A stretch of 64,000 bases of DNA from positions 32,443 through 96,442 of the IMG/VR virus record IMGVR_UViG_3300050016_000047; one strand, 5' to 3'. Shown piece by piece: positions 1 to 8,884 of this stretch (its first letter is position 1; each line of letters begins with the position of its first letter). The notes under the pieces were generated by a model. That model saw nothing but the letters and a program-made list of their open reading frames with translations, did not search any database and was not told the DNA's origin. The position numbers and the translations under genes were made by a program. The stretch comes from a virus.

Positions 1-417
1 ATAGTAGCATATAGTATTGATTCTATTGTGTTTTAAGTCTTTTGTTTTGTTATAGTTGCGATTTGGGTCCCCTTATTTTCTTGAGACACCCGGCGGACCC
101 AACCCTAGGGGGATGAGCCTCATAGCCACTCTCACCTAGCAGAAAAAACGATTTAAAATATAAATTTTACTTGGGTCCCTTTTCAACTAGGTTCCTTTAT
201 TCATGGTAAACAAATATAAAGTACCCATGAGTATAGAAGTACATTATTCCTGCGGCCATGTTAAACTCTTGGTCAGTCCCGGAGTCGCTGACCCAGACGG
301 TCAGTACACCAAGTTTATATATGAGCAACACATACGTCCGAATGAAGCTGGTATATATAAGTTAAACCTAAAGTTCACAAAATGTCTTGAGTGTGGTTTA
401 TAGTTGGTAGGCTAAAC

Positions 418-446
418 TTGACAAATCCTAATATCTGTGGTATACT
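418..446 (+). promoter_or_regulatory. sigma70-type promoter (TTGACA-17-TATACT, extended -10 TG)
   Basis: TTGACA 418-423, 17-nt spacer, TATACT 441-446. The predicted start site falls at about 453, the GTG of the next ORF. Confidence 0.75.
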
Positions 447-452
447 CCTTTA

Positions 453-665
453 GTGAGCTATATATTAGTTAGGACAGACTGCAAGGTTCCCGCGTACTTT
501 GTCCGCAAAACGGACGAAATGGTTGAAGGGACTGGTGTTATAGGCACGTTTGACAAATCCGAAGCTACTTGTTATGCGAATCGTTGTTCCGCCGAATATA
601 TGCTTAATGAAATTACCCACAAGTTCGGTACTGAGATTGGCGATTGGAAAGTAGCAATCCTGTGA
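453..665 (+). CDS. hypothetical protein, probably leaderless
   Basis: 70-aa ORF starting at the predicted transcription start. Confidence 0.5.
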   Translation: MSYILVRTDCKVPAYFVRKTDEMVEGTGVIGTFDKSEATCYANRCSAEYMLNEITHKFGTEIGDWKVAIL

Positions 666-1192
666 GTGATGTAGGCGAATATATCAAGTACAACTTTAAG
701 TATACCATGACTAATCCGCCTAAATACAAGTCATATAAGTTTAATTCAGACTCTATGATTGAGAACAAACTTAAAGACATTCCTATTAGGCAGTTAAGAA
801 GTGGTTTTAAAATGGCTTGTGGAAAAGATTTAACGGGTAAAAAGATTCCAAGTATAAATCTAATATATTTTTATATTCCTACTCCGATGGGTTTTAGTAA
901 AGAACCAGAAGAGGCTACTCCGGCGGTTTGTCAAGTCTCGGCGAACAGAAAAGAAATTCACGACGAGTTGGTTCGCAGACACACAGCTACGTTGCCGCCA
1001 AAAACTCCATCACATCTAACTGTTAAAGATATTCAGGAAATGAAGAAGCAGTTATTGAGTTGTAATTTTAAAGACCCTTATATTTATTATGGTAATTCAA
1101 ACTGGCCGTGGGATTCTACCCCGCCGGTTAAGGTAAAGAAAAATGGAAAACACAAACCAGAACGATCCAGCACCCCCGAATCCGGGGCGTAG
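644..1192 (+). CDS. hypothetical protein
   Basis: 182-aa ORF with no recognisable motif. Confidence 0.4.
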   Translation: MESSNPVSDVGEYIKYNFKYTMTNPPKYKSYKFNSDSMIENKLKDIPIRQLRSGFKMACGKDLTGKKIPSINLIYFYIPTPMGFSKEPEEATPAVCQVSANRKEIHDELVRRHTATLPPKTPSHLTVKDIQEMKKQLLSCNFKDPYIYYGNSNWPWDSTPPVKVKKNGKHKPERSSTPESGA

Positions 1193-1256
1193 CTTAAGAC
1201 AGAGCACTTGGTTTGGAACCAAGGCGGTGCAGGTTTAAGTCCTGCTGCCCCGACCA
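1183..1256 (+). tRNA. tRNA-Pro(TGG)
   Basis: Acceptor CGGGGCG/TGCCCCG, anticodon arm CTTGG-TT TGG AA-CCAAG, T-arm GCAGG-TTTAAGT-CCTGC, encoded CCA. Confidence 0.85.
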
Positions 1257-1325
1257 GTTTTAAACAGTTTTAAACAGTTTTAAACAGTTTTAAACAGTTT
1301 TAAACAGTTTTAAACAGTTTTTAAA
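1255..1325 (+). repeat. 10-bp tandem repeat (CAGTTTTAAA) x7
   Basis: Six perfect copies plus one with an extra T, starting within the tRNA-Pro CCA end. Confidence 0.95.
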
Positions 1326-1394
1326 GAACCCACGTTTGTTCTAGAAGCTTGACGTACAATCCGTCCTGTGTGGCCGGGAGAAAAGATATTATTT

Positions 1395-1535
1395 ATGTTA
1401 CTTATATTACTTTTAGTGTTATTGTTATGCGGTGGTGGTTTTGGATATAGTACTTGGGGTCTTGCAGGTGGTGGTGGAATCGGTGGAGTAGTTCTGCTAG
1501 TTATCGTTATACTCCTTTTGACAGGGAGACTATAA
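1395..1535 (+). CDS. small membrane protein, DUF3309-like
   Basis: Not in the ORF track. Translates as MLLILLLVLLLCGGGFGYSTWGLAGGGGIGGVVLLVIVILLLTGRL and overlaps the next gene by TAATG. Confidence 0.7.
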   Translation: MLLILLLVLLLCGGGFGYSTWGLAGGGGIGGVVLLVIVILLLTGRL

Positions 1536-1759
1536 TGATTGGATTATTATTCTTAGTAGTCGTATGCGGCGTACTAGTGTATCTTGTAAACAACCTTGTA
1601 CCCATGGACGGTAAATTCAAACTAGTTTTTAATTGTATAATCGGACTTATTCTATTATACTATGTTTTGAGTTTCTTTGGATTGGTTTCTCCCGCTCCCG
1701 GTTTTGGAGCGTATCCCGGTTATCCGTATCGCGGCGGTCCCGGTCCATACAGATATTAA
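1535..1759 (+). CDS. small two-TM membrane protein (Thivi_2564-like)
   Basis: MIGLLFLVVVCGVLVYLVNNLVPMDGKFKLVFN...; the start at ATG 1535 is coupled to the upstream stop. Confidence 0.65.
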   Translation: MIGLLFLVVVCGVLVYLVNNLVPMDGKFKLVFNCIIGLILLYYVLSFFGLVSPAPGFGAYPGYPYRGGPGPYRY

Positions 1760-1766
1760 TTTCCAC

Positions 1767-1840
1767 ATAGGAATAAGATAGTGGTAGTCTGGCTGCCTAC
1801 AAATCAGTCAGCGGGTGTTCGATTCACTCTTCCTATGCCA
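1767..1840 (+). tRNA. tRNA with ACA anticodon (nominally Cys; Trp-like body)
   Basis: Acceptor ATAGGAA/TTCCTAT, G73, CCA; loop CT ACA AA; T-arm GGGTG-TTCGATT-CACTC. Confidence 0.7.
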
Positions 1841-1845
1841 TTTAA

Positions 1846-1919
1846 GCGGGCTTGGTGTATTGGCAGCGCCATAGTCTTCCAAACTATAGGAAAGGGTTCG
1901 ATTCCCTTAGTCCGCTCCA
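1846..1919 (+). tRNA. tRNA-Gly(TCC)
   Basis: GCGGGCT/AGTCCGC, ATAGT-CT TCC AA-ACTAT, T73, CCA. Confidence 0.9.
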
Positions 1920-1926
1920 TTTCTAA

Positions 1927-1999
1927 TGGCCTGTCGTATAATTGGCAATACGCCTCCCTGTTAAGGAGTACGATGTAGGTTCAAGTCCTACTGGGCCAG
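1927..1999 (+). tRNA. tRNA-Asn(GTT)
   Basis: TGGCCTG/TGGGCCA, loop CT GTT AA, GTAGG-TTCAAGT-CCTAC; no encoded CCA. Confidence 0.85.
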
Positions 2000-2005
2000 C
2001 CTTTA

Positions 2006-2080
2006 GCTGGACTAGCTCCAATGTAGAGCAGCGCACCTGTAATGCGACGGTTCTCAGTTCAAGTCTGAGGTTCAGCCCCA
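2006..2080 (+). tRNA. tRNA-Thr(TGT)
   Basis: GCTGGAC/GTTCAGC, loop CC TGT AA (C33 atypical), CTCAG-TTCAAGT-CTGAG, CCA. Confidence 0.8.
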
Positions 2081-2185
2081 CATCAAAAAGTTTGTACCGC
2101 AGTCCGGGCATCGCTACCTTGACCGCCTTAGCGGATAAAACCGCCGAGTTTGTATTTGTTTCACAAGTAAAAAATGAAAGAGTAA

Positions 2186-2470
2186 ATGAATAGTTTTAAA
2201 AAAGTAATAGGCTCCACAGTGTTATTTGCAATGTCGTTCGTAGTAGGAATGCCTCTAGTTAACGCATCTCCTGTTCCTCAAGTTGGTATTCAATTTAGGG
2301 TGTTTGATAGAAACCATAAAGACTACCATGACTGGGATGATAGAGAAGACCGCGATTATCGCGGCTATCTAGAATCCAGACACCGGCCATATATTGAATA
2401 CAGAAAACAAAACAACAAAGAACAAAAGAACTACTGGAACTATCGTCATAGCCATCCAGACAAGGACTAA
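2186..2470 (+). CDS. secreted His/Arg/Asp-rich small protein resembling an Acidobacteria family
   Basis: Signal peptide followed by RVFDRNHKDYHDWDDREDRDYR...YWNYRHSHPD; family recognised from memory. Confidence 0.65.
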   Translation: MNSFKKVIGSTVLFAMSFVVGMPLVNASPVPQVGIQFRVFDRNHKDYHDWDDREDRDYRGYLESRHRPYIEYRKQNNKEQKNYWNYRHSHPDKD

Positions 2471-2764
2471 GTAATCTCGGGAGTACGCGATGCTGGAACG
2501 ACGGTTCCTACGAGAGTCGCCTCGACGAGTTAAAAGCTCGTCAAAGTTTATGAAGAAGTTTATGAAGAAAAAGTATATACCCGGAACATACCTATCTAGA
2601 AAAGCTTTTAAACAATATTGGAAGTTGTGGTTAATACCCAATCCGCGTAACGGAAAAATTTAGAACTATAAGATTGAGTTAGACGTGTCCGCAAAACGGA
2701 CCCTCGGTTATCTCAGCTATCAGAAGTAAAACATTAAATCAAAAAAATAAAAATAAGGAATCAA

Positions 2765-3301
2765 ATGGCAAATCCTAGTAATATTAATCGTATTTTTGGA
2801 AACCAGATCGCGGTCCTAACAAACGCTATAACCACTGTAGAAACAGCATTCAGTTTCGCTGCTGGGTATAACCCCGGTTCCGGCGTGGCTGTTTGTGCTA
2901 TGCCTGCGAATGCTCTTTACGACGGAGTTCCCTTTACCGTTCGAGCAACAGGTAAGTATACAACGGGTACCACATCAAACGTAACTCCGTGTCTATATGT
3001 AGGCACATCCCTAACCCTAAGCTCAGATTCAGCTATCTCAGCCATGACTACGTTCTCTGCCGTCACCGCGAGCGGTAACTGGATTATAGAAGCTCACGGC
3101 GTATGGGATTCCGTATCCACCAAGTATAACGGATGGTATAACGGTATTGTCGGCACGACAGTCAAAACCGGCACAACCTTTACTAACGCTCAGACAGGAA
3201 TCGCCGCAATCACGGGTCTAAGCTTCCTAGTCTCGTTCACGTTCTCAAGCGGAAACGCCGCGAATACTGCAACCCTAACCGAACTCTCACTAGAAGCATA
3301 G
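2765..3301 (+). CDS. putative virion structural protein (paralog of 27971-28639)
   Basis: Ser/Thr/Ala-rich, strong A-rich RBS, followed by a hairpin. Confidence 0.65.
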   Translation: MANPSNINRIFGNQIAVLTNAITTVETAFSFAAGYNPGSGVAVCAMPANALYDGVPFTVRATGKYTTGTTSNVTPCLYVGTSLTLSSDSAISAMTTFSAVTASGNWIIEAHGVWDSVSTKYNGWYNGIVGTTVKTGTTFTNAQTGIAAITGLSFLVSFTFSSGNAANTATLTELSLEA

Positions 3302-3313
3302 GTCAACATCCGA

Positions 3314-3345
3314 GGGGAGCACCTTCAGATTTTGAGATGCTCCCT
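3314..3345 (+). terminator. stem-loop after gene, possible terminator
   Basis: GGGGAGCA...TGCTCCCT inverted repeat; weak U-tract. Confidence 0.4.
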
Positions 3346-3480
3346 AACGGTACCTATTATGACTAAAGATAAAGTCAAACCCGAATCAAACCGCCGATTA
3401 GGTAGCCACTATAAAAGTAAGAAGCTAAAGATTCGCCGATTAACCCAAACTGAATGGGATAAGAACAATCCCAAAGACAA

Positions 3481-3942
3481 ATGATACTCCTTCGTTTTAT
3501 ATCCAGCCGTTCTTTTGTATCAAAAGCTATTCAAGTTAGAACAGATGGACAAGTTTCGCACGTAGAATACCTAGATACTTCTACGATGATTACTTTCGGT
3601 GCTCGGTTACAAGGTGGCGTGACGCATCGCCCTTATAACTATATTAAACCTGATTGGGAAGAACTATACACTTTCGAAGGTATCGAAGCTTCATATAAGG
3701 AAGCTTTATTTTTTAACGGTCGCAAGTACGATTGGAAAGATATAGCATCGCTCGCAGTAGGTTGGCATCCCGGTGGATACGACCCGGAAGAAGCCGTGTG
3801 TTCTTGTTTGGCCGGATACAGTAATCGTTTGGCATGGGCTAACGGAACCGCCCCAGCGTTACTTAATCCAAACCTTCCTACGTGGGAAATGACTCCACAA
3901 ATTTTATATGGTGCGGTTACTAAACAAGTTGTTGTATATTAA
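3481..3942 (+). CDS. permuted papain-like (NlpC/P60 YiiX-type) amidase
   Basis: SHVE His precedes YDW and CSCLA Cys, the permuted catalytic order. Confidence 0.6.
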   Translation: MILLRFISSRSFVSKAIQVRTDGQVSHVEYLDTSTMITFGARLQGGVTHRPYNYIKPDWEELYTFEGIEASYKEALFFNGRKYDWKDIASLAVGWHPGGYDPEEAVCSCLAGYSNRLAWANGTAPALLNPNLPTWEMTPQILYGAVTKQVVVY

Positions 3943-3953
3943 AAAGAGGATAC

Positions 3954-4547
3954 ATGAAAATTTTACCTAAAGCACTTCTGGCCTGCGTACTTAGTTTATC
4001 ACTAGTTACGTATGGTTGTTCCACAGCACAATTCTTTACTGTACTGGATCAAGTAGCTCCGGCGGTTCTTAACGTTCTTCAGATTGTAACCATATTTACA
4101 GGCCATCCGGCTAACACCGCTCTTTCTACTAAAGTTTCTGCGGACGTTGCCGCAACGGAAAAACTATATTCTGACTATACGTCTGCTTCCTCGGCGGCTC
4201 AGCCCGGCATTAAGAACGATATTAATGCGGCGTTCGTTGTTCTTAATAGCGACCTAGGAGTTATATTCTCTGCCGCACAGGTTAGCGATCATAACACACA
4301 GCTTAAAATTGCCGCCTTAATTGGACTTATTCAAACAAGCGTGAGTATAGCAGAAGCGATAATTCCTTCTCCCACACCAGCCGCAACTCTGTCAAGTAAG
4401 TTAGACGCAGATACTTTAGTTGCATCCTATAATAAAATCCTAACCGCTCCTACAGGCAACAAAGCGGTGGATAAGTATACTCGTACCCACCAACTTCATA
4501 TCCACAGTAAGCTAGCTCGTGTAGCTACTGCCGGGATTCTTAAATAA
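3954..4547 (+). CDS. lipoprotein
   Basis: MKILPKALLACVLSLSLVTYGC lipobox-like signal. Confidence 0.65.
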   Translation: MKILPKALLACVLSLSLVTYGCSTAQFFTVLDQVAPAVLNVLQIVTIFTGHPANTALSTKVSADVAATEKLYSDYTSASSAAQPGIKNDINAAFVVLNSDLGVIFSAAQVSDHNTQLKIAALIGLIQTSVSIAEAIIPSPTPAATLSSKLDADTLVASYNKILTAPTGNKAVDKYTRTHQLHIHSKLARVATAGILK

Positions 4548-5350
4548 TGCCAGAACTTCCTCTAGTCAATGGGCACAGGTTTGGCTACATACGTAAACCA
4601 GCCGACCACAGAATGTTCGGAATCTCTTCGGTTCCGAACCTAAAACAAGTAACTCTTCCAACCGTATTCGGATTAGACGAGTTCATGCCTCCGGTCAAGG
4701 ACCAAAAAGACCTAGGAGCGTGTACTGCGTTTGCTTCTACTGTAGACCGCGAAGCTATCGCCCGACAGTATGAAAACAAGCAACCGATTCTCTCTCCGTT
4801 GTTTGTATACTACTATTCTCGTCTACTAGACGGCTCTTTAGATGAAGGCGATGCTGGAAGCACTGGCGAAACAACTTGTCAGGTATTCCAGCGATACGGA
4901 GCTTGTCTGGAATCCGAAGACCCTTACATTACTTCTGACTTTCAAAAGATGCCTTTCACGGCACAGATACAAGCTGCGAAAGAGTTTAAGTCTGGAGCAT
5001 ATCACTCTCTGCACACCGTTCAAGATGTGCAGAACTGCATTTTCTCCGGTTATCGCATTCGATTGGGAATGAATGTATACCAAAGTTTTGAAAACATTGG
5101 TTCTAATGGTTTGATGCCAATACCCAGTCACAAAGAAAATGTTTTAGGCGGGCATGAAATCTTAATATACAGGTTTGACAATTCTGTTAAATGTCCAAAC
5201 ACCCATTCAACTGGAGCGTTTCTTGTAAGAAACTCTTGGGGTAGTTCGTGGGGGCAAGCGGGAAGTTTCTGGATGCCCTACGAGGGAATCGTAAGTTCAT
5301 TACTAAACTGTGACTTAAAAATACAACATTTAGGTCCTGCGTGGAAATAG
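4547..5350 (+). CDS. C1 (papain) family cysteine peptidase
   Basis: PVKDQ..LGACTAFA, GGHEI and VRNSWG catalytic motifs. Confidence 0.9.
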   Translation: MPELPLVNGHRFGYIRKPADHRMFGISSVPNLKQVTLPTVFGLDEFMPPVKDQKDLGACTAFASTVDREAIARQYENKQPILSPLFVYYYSRLLDGSLDEGDAGSTGETTCQVFQRYGACLESEDPYITSDFQKMPFTAQIQAAKEFKSGAYHSLHTVQDVQNCIFSGYRIRLGMNVYQSFENIGSNGLMPIPSHKENVLGGHEILIYRFDNSVKCPNTHSTGAFLVRNSWGSSWGQAGSFWMPYEGIVSSLLNCDLKIQHLGPAWK

Positions 5351-5680
5351 ATGAAAATAGTATCAAACGCTAAAACTTATGACTGGCCGACATGGTTCAT
5401 TGGAATCCTGCGGTCATTTCTAAGCGGTGGTGCTGCGGCTCTCACTACGGGAACTGGTGGTGCTGTTCTTGGCATTCCCGGTCCTATGGTCTGGAAGTTA
5501 ATACTTATTAACTTTGTTCTGATGGGCCTATACCGCATGGGAGAGTTCCTGCAACTACATGGAGCACCAGACCCAGTACTCCAAGCCGCTCTCGCGGATG
5601 CAAAAGCTGCGAGCGACATGACTAGTCAGAAAATTGCAGATATACAAGCCATACCTTCACCAACTGATCCAAAAACTTAG
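5351..5680 (+). CDS. holin-like membrane protein
   Basis: Two hydrophobic segments; position after the peptidase. Confidence 0.45.
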   Translation: MKIVSNAKTYDWPTWFIGILRSFLSGGAAALTTGTGGAVLGIPGPMVWKLILINFVLMGLYRMGEFLQLHGAPDPVLQAALADAKAASDMTSQKIADIQAIPSPTDPKT

Positions 5681-5687
5681 GTAGTGC

Positions 5688-5807
5688 GTCTAGTAAGGGA
5701 AGTTTTCCAATACCCGGTAAGGAACAACTTCCTAAAGACAATCTACAGTGTCATAGATGGCACCTTACTAGACTCCGGGTATTGGTACGTCCCCACTCCA
5801 TTAGGAG
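5688..5807 (+). ncRNA. candidate structured cis-regulatory RNA (three-way junction plus pseudoknot)
   Basis: Two perfect 11-bp complementarities and further stems within a 130-nt intergenic gap. Confidence 0.55.
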
Positions 5808-5811
5808 ACCG

Positions 5812-6048
5812 ATGAAAAGACTCACAGTTTTGTTTTTGTTTCTTATGTTTGCAGCCACCTCTGCATCCGCACAAAGTTTTTCTTTTGTTAATAGCTCCTC
5901 GTCCGGTCCAGAAGACCAAAGTTATAACGACAGTTCCGGCACCGGACTTATGGCCGCTCGGCAGGCACTTGGCACAGCACTTCATCAACTTACCTACGGA
6001 GGAGCAACACTTAGTCCTCCCGCTAACTTGCAGGCCATCGTGCAATGA
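5812..6048 (+). CDS. small secreted protein
   Basis: AGGAG RBS; MKRLTVLFLFLMFAATSASAQ signal peptide. Confidence 0.6.
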   Translation: MKRLTVLFLFLMFAATSASAQSFSFVNSSSSGPEDQSYNDSSGTGLMAARQALGTALHQLTYGGATLSPPANLQAIVQ

Positions 6049-6082
6049 AATGAAGTATAAACATTTAGTAAAGGAAAATTAA

Positions 6083-6394
6083 GTGGCGAACAACTATAAT
6101 ACAAAACCAATTTACTTAGATTCAACAATGGCTTCCGGATGGAGGGCATTGCAGACTCTTAACGTTGGAACTCAGTGGGGTTTTAACGTTAGTTACGTAG
6201 AATGGCAAGCTCCCGTATCAGCGGGCGACAAGTTTGTAATAGTTGACCCGGCAAGCTCTGCTGTTCTTTTAGAAGGGTCTTGTGGTCAAGCTAACGCAGA
6301 CGTACCTTTTGATTTAGGCGACACTCTCCCGGCGTGGCGAGATTTTAAAGTTACTACTCTTAATTCTGGTATTCTACTTATTTGGTATCGCTAG
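6083..6394 (+). CDS. putative structural protein
   Basis: 103-aa beta-rich ORF with RBS. Confidence 0.55.
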   Translation: MANNYNTKPIYLDSTMASGWRALQTLNVGTQWGFNVSYVEWQAPVSAGDKFVIVDPASSAVLLEGSCGQANADVPFDLGDTLPAWRDFKVTTLNSGILLIWYR

Positions 6395-8884
6395 ATGAAA
6401 AAACTTCTTACTCTCTTAGGGACGATTATTCTGGGGTTTGTCATAACCGGAACCGCTTCAGCACAGTCCGGTATTCGGGCAAATACTTTTAGTGCAACTG
6501 GCGCTGACATAGCTATCAACAATGCAGGAACAGCAATAGCTTTTCACCAGCTTACGTGGGTTAAAACCGGAACTGTTAGCACTTGTACCGTAGCTCTGGA
6601 TACTTCTGCTGACGGCATAACTTGGAGTGCTGGCGGGGCTATCGCTGGACAAACCTGTACTAGCAACGGTCAGTCTGTAATCACAGGCTCTATTGCTAAC
6701 TATGTACGTATGAACGTAACCACGCTTACTGGTGGTGGAACCATTAACGTAACTTGGACCGGATATACAGCAACTCCGGGCGGAAGCATAACATTCGCTG
6801 GAGCGCCTACCGGAAGTTGTTCTGCTGCACAAACCGCTGTAGATTCAACAACCGGAGATTTCTATTCTTGTAATGGCGGTGTGTGGTTAGCAGTTGGTCC
6901 GGGTGCCGCTGGTTCTGCGGCTTTTAGTACTCTAACTGCTGGTACTAACGGCGGGCAAGCTTTAGTGGTTGGAAACGGCTCAACGCTGTCCGTAACCGGA
7001 ACAGGCACCATTGCTGCTACCTCGGCGGCTAAGTGGACAACTGCTCGCAACCTAGCTGGTAATTCTACAGACGGTTCGGCCAATGTCGCGTTCTCAAACA
7101 AATTTATAGTTCAAGGTACAACGGATTCTGGGTTATCGGGACCGCAATTCTTAGGTGCTTTGGGTACGGGTATAGTAAAGAATACAACTACAACTGGTGT
7201 TCTTAGTATAGCAGTTGCCGGAGACTTCCCAACACTAAACCAAAACACTACTGGTTCTTCTGCAACTCTATCCGGTTCTCTTACACAGTGTACTAGCGGA
7301 CAGTTTGCAACAGGTATTACTTCTACAGGAGCTTCTAATTGCAGTACTCCAGCAGGTTCGGGAAACGTGAGTGGCCCAGTTACAAACACCGATGCTTTTG
7401 TTCCTCAGTGGAACGGAGCTAATAGTCTTCTTCTAAAGGACGGGTTGGCCGTAGCGACCGCTAACACCACTTCGGCTCTAGTTCAAAGAGACGGTTCGGG
7501 TAATTTTTCAGCGGGAACCATTACTGCTACTCTTTCTGGTAACGCTTCTACAGTTACTAACGGTGTGACTGCGGCTTCTAACTTTACAAACGCTCAACTA
7601 GTGATTGCCGGTGGAGCTAATAAAACTCTAGCTACTGGTCCCGCGTATGCGTCAACAAACACAGCATCTAACATTGTACAAAGAGATTCTAGTGGAAACT
7701 TTTCCGCTGGAACTATTACCGCGACCTTAACAGGAAACGCTGATACTGTTACCAATGGCGTCACAGCGGCATCTAACTTTACCAACACTTCTATTCTGGT
7801 AGCCGCCGGAGCTAACAAGACTTCCGCCAGTATGGGATCAGACTTCCTTTTTGCGACTCACACAATTACGGCAGGAGCCAGCGGTGTATTAGATATGTCT
7901 GGCGGTAGTTTGTTTAAAACAACCGTGGGTTCGAGTTTTACTTGCGCGGCAGAAGGATGTTTTGGATTCGATACAGGTCCGGGCAAGATGTACCATGTAT
8001 TTGCTAATGGTGCGGATTCTCTGGTAGCTACTAAACCTGTTTCCGTAACCGTAGCAAATAACGATTGTCCTAAGTGGGTGGTAAGTGGAACCAATATATC
8101 TATTGGAACTACCGGCGCTGCTTGCGCGGCAAGCGGTGTATCGGGAACCACTGGATATATTCCTAAGTTTGCCAGTTCGACTACTGTAGGAAATTCCGCC
8201 GTAGACGACGGAGTAACCACAGCTTCTACTATTACATCTACTGAAGCAATCGTAGCTCCTAGTTTTTCTTCGTCCGCAAGCGGAGCAGGATACTTCCAAT
8301 GTACGCAAGGAACTCTTCCCGGCGTCGGTGGTGCTAACACAGCCACACTAACATGCCCGGCAGCAGTTACGGCGTATGAAGCTGTTCTATGGGGAGCGTC
8401 CGCAACCGGAATAGTTCACGCTTCTAATTCTTCCAACGTAGATACTTTGTCTATCAGTGCCGTTGTCGGCGCAGATATGACCAACAACACCGTAACCGCT
8501 ACACAACTTGCTGCTCAATACTCCAAAGATTCTTGTACGGAACTATGGGGTGGAAGCGGTACATCTTTTGCTCTTACTTCTGGAGACGACGCCATATCTA
8601 ATAACTCCTGTTATAACGACTCTGGTGTAACACGAACCATAACAGCGGTTAAGTGTCGTAGCGATAACGGAACCAATACTACTACGGTGAATCCTACATT
8701 TGGTGCAGCGGGGACAGGAACGACCATATTAAGTGGTGCGCTTACCTGTGGTTCTAGTCTAGCTTATAGTTCTAGTGGAACAGTATCAAATGCAAGTTGG
8801 ACAACGGGTACTGGAATTACTCCAGCCATGAGTGGTACGCTTACTGGAACCAGTATTGCCGTGATTGTAGAGTATACATACTAA
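6395..8884 (+). CDS. tail-fibre-like protein with N-terminal signal peptide
   Basis: Gly/Ser/Thr-rich; duplicated VQRDxSGNFSAGTITA fibre motif; signal-like N-terminus. Confidence 0.7.
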   Translation: MKKLLTLLGTIILGFVITGTASAQSGIRANTFSATGADIAINNAGTAIAFHQLTWVKTGTVSTCTVALDTSADGITWSAGGAIAGQTCTSNGQSVITGSIANYVRMNVTTLTGGGTINVTWTGYTATPGGSITFAGAPTGSCSAAQTAVDSTTGDFYSCNGGVWLAVGPGAAGSAAFSTLTAGTNGGQALVVGNGSTLSVTGTGTIAATSAAKWTTARNLAGNSTDGSANVAFSNKFIVQGTTDSGLSGPQFLGALGTGIVKNTTTTGVLSIAVAGDFPTLNQNTTGSSATLSGSLTQCTSGQFATGITSTGASNCSTPAGSGNVSGPVTNTDAFVPQWNGANSLLLKDGLAVATANTTSALVQRDGSGNFSAGTITATLSGNASTVTNGVTAASNFTNAQLVIAGGANKTLATGPAYASTNTASNIVQRDSSGNFSAGTITATLTGNADTVTNGVTAASNFTNTSILVAAGANKTSASMGSDFLFATHTITAGASGVLDMSGGSLFKTTVGSSFTCAAEGCFGFDTGPGKMYHVFANGADSLVATKPVSVTVANNDCPKWVVSGTNISIGTTGAACAASGVSGTTGYIPKFASSTTVGNSAVDDGVTTASTITSTEAIVAPSFSSSASGAGYFQCTQGTLPGVGGANTATLTCPAAVTAYEAVLWGASATGIVHASNSSNVDTLSISAVVGADMTNNTVTATQLAAQYSKDSCTELWGGSGTSFALTSGDDAISNNSCYNDSGVTRTITAVKCRSDNGTNTTTVNPTFGAAGTGTTILSGALTCGSSLAYSSSGTVSNASWTTGTGITPAMSGTLTGTSIAVIVEYTY

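Noticed and set aside
62-200. Short repeats TTGGGTCCC near the window start as a genome terminus or origin
   Set aside because: Only two or three short copies and no context upstream of the window, so the call cannot be supported.
1255-1325. CRISPR array
   Set aside because: Spacer-less 10-bp tandem repeat and no cas genes. The dispersed 15-bp motif is also not arrayed.
1781-2193. ORFs 1781-1978, 1923-2111 and 1942-2193
   Set aside because: They overlap clear tRNA genes.
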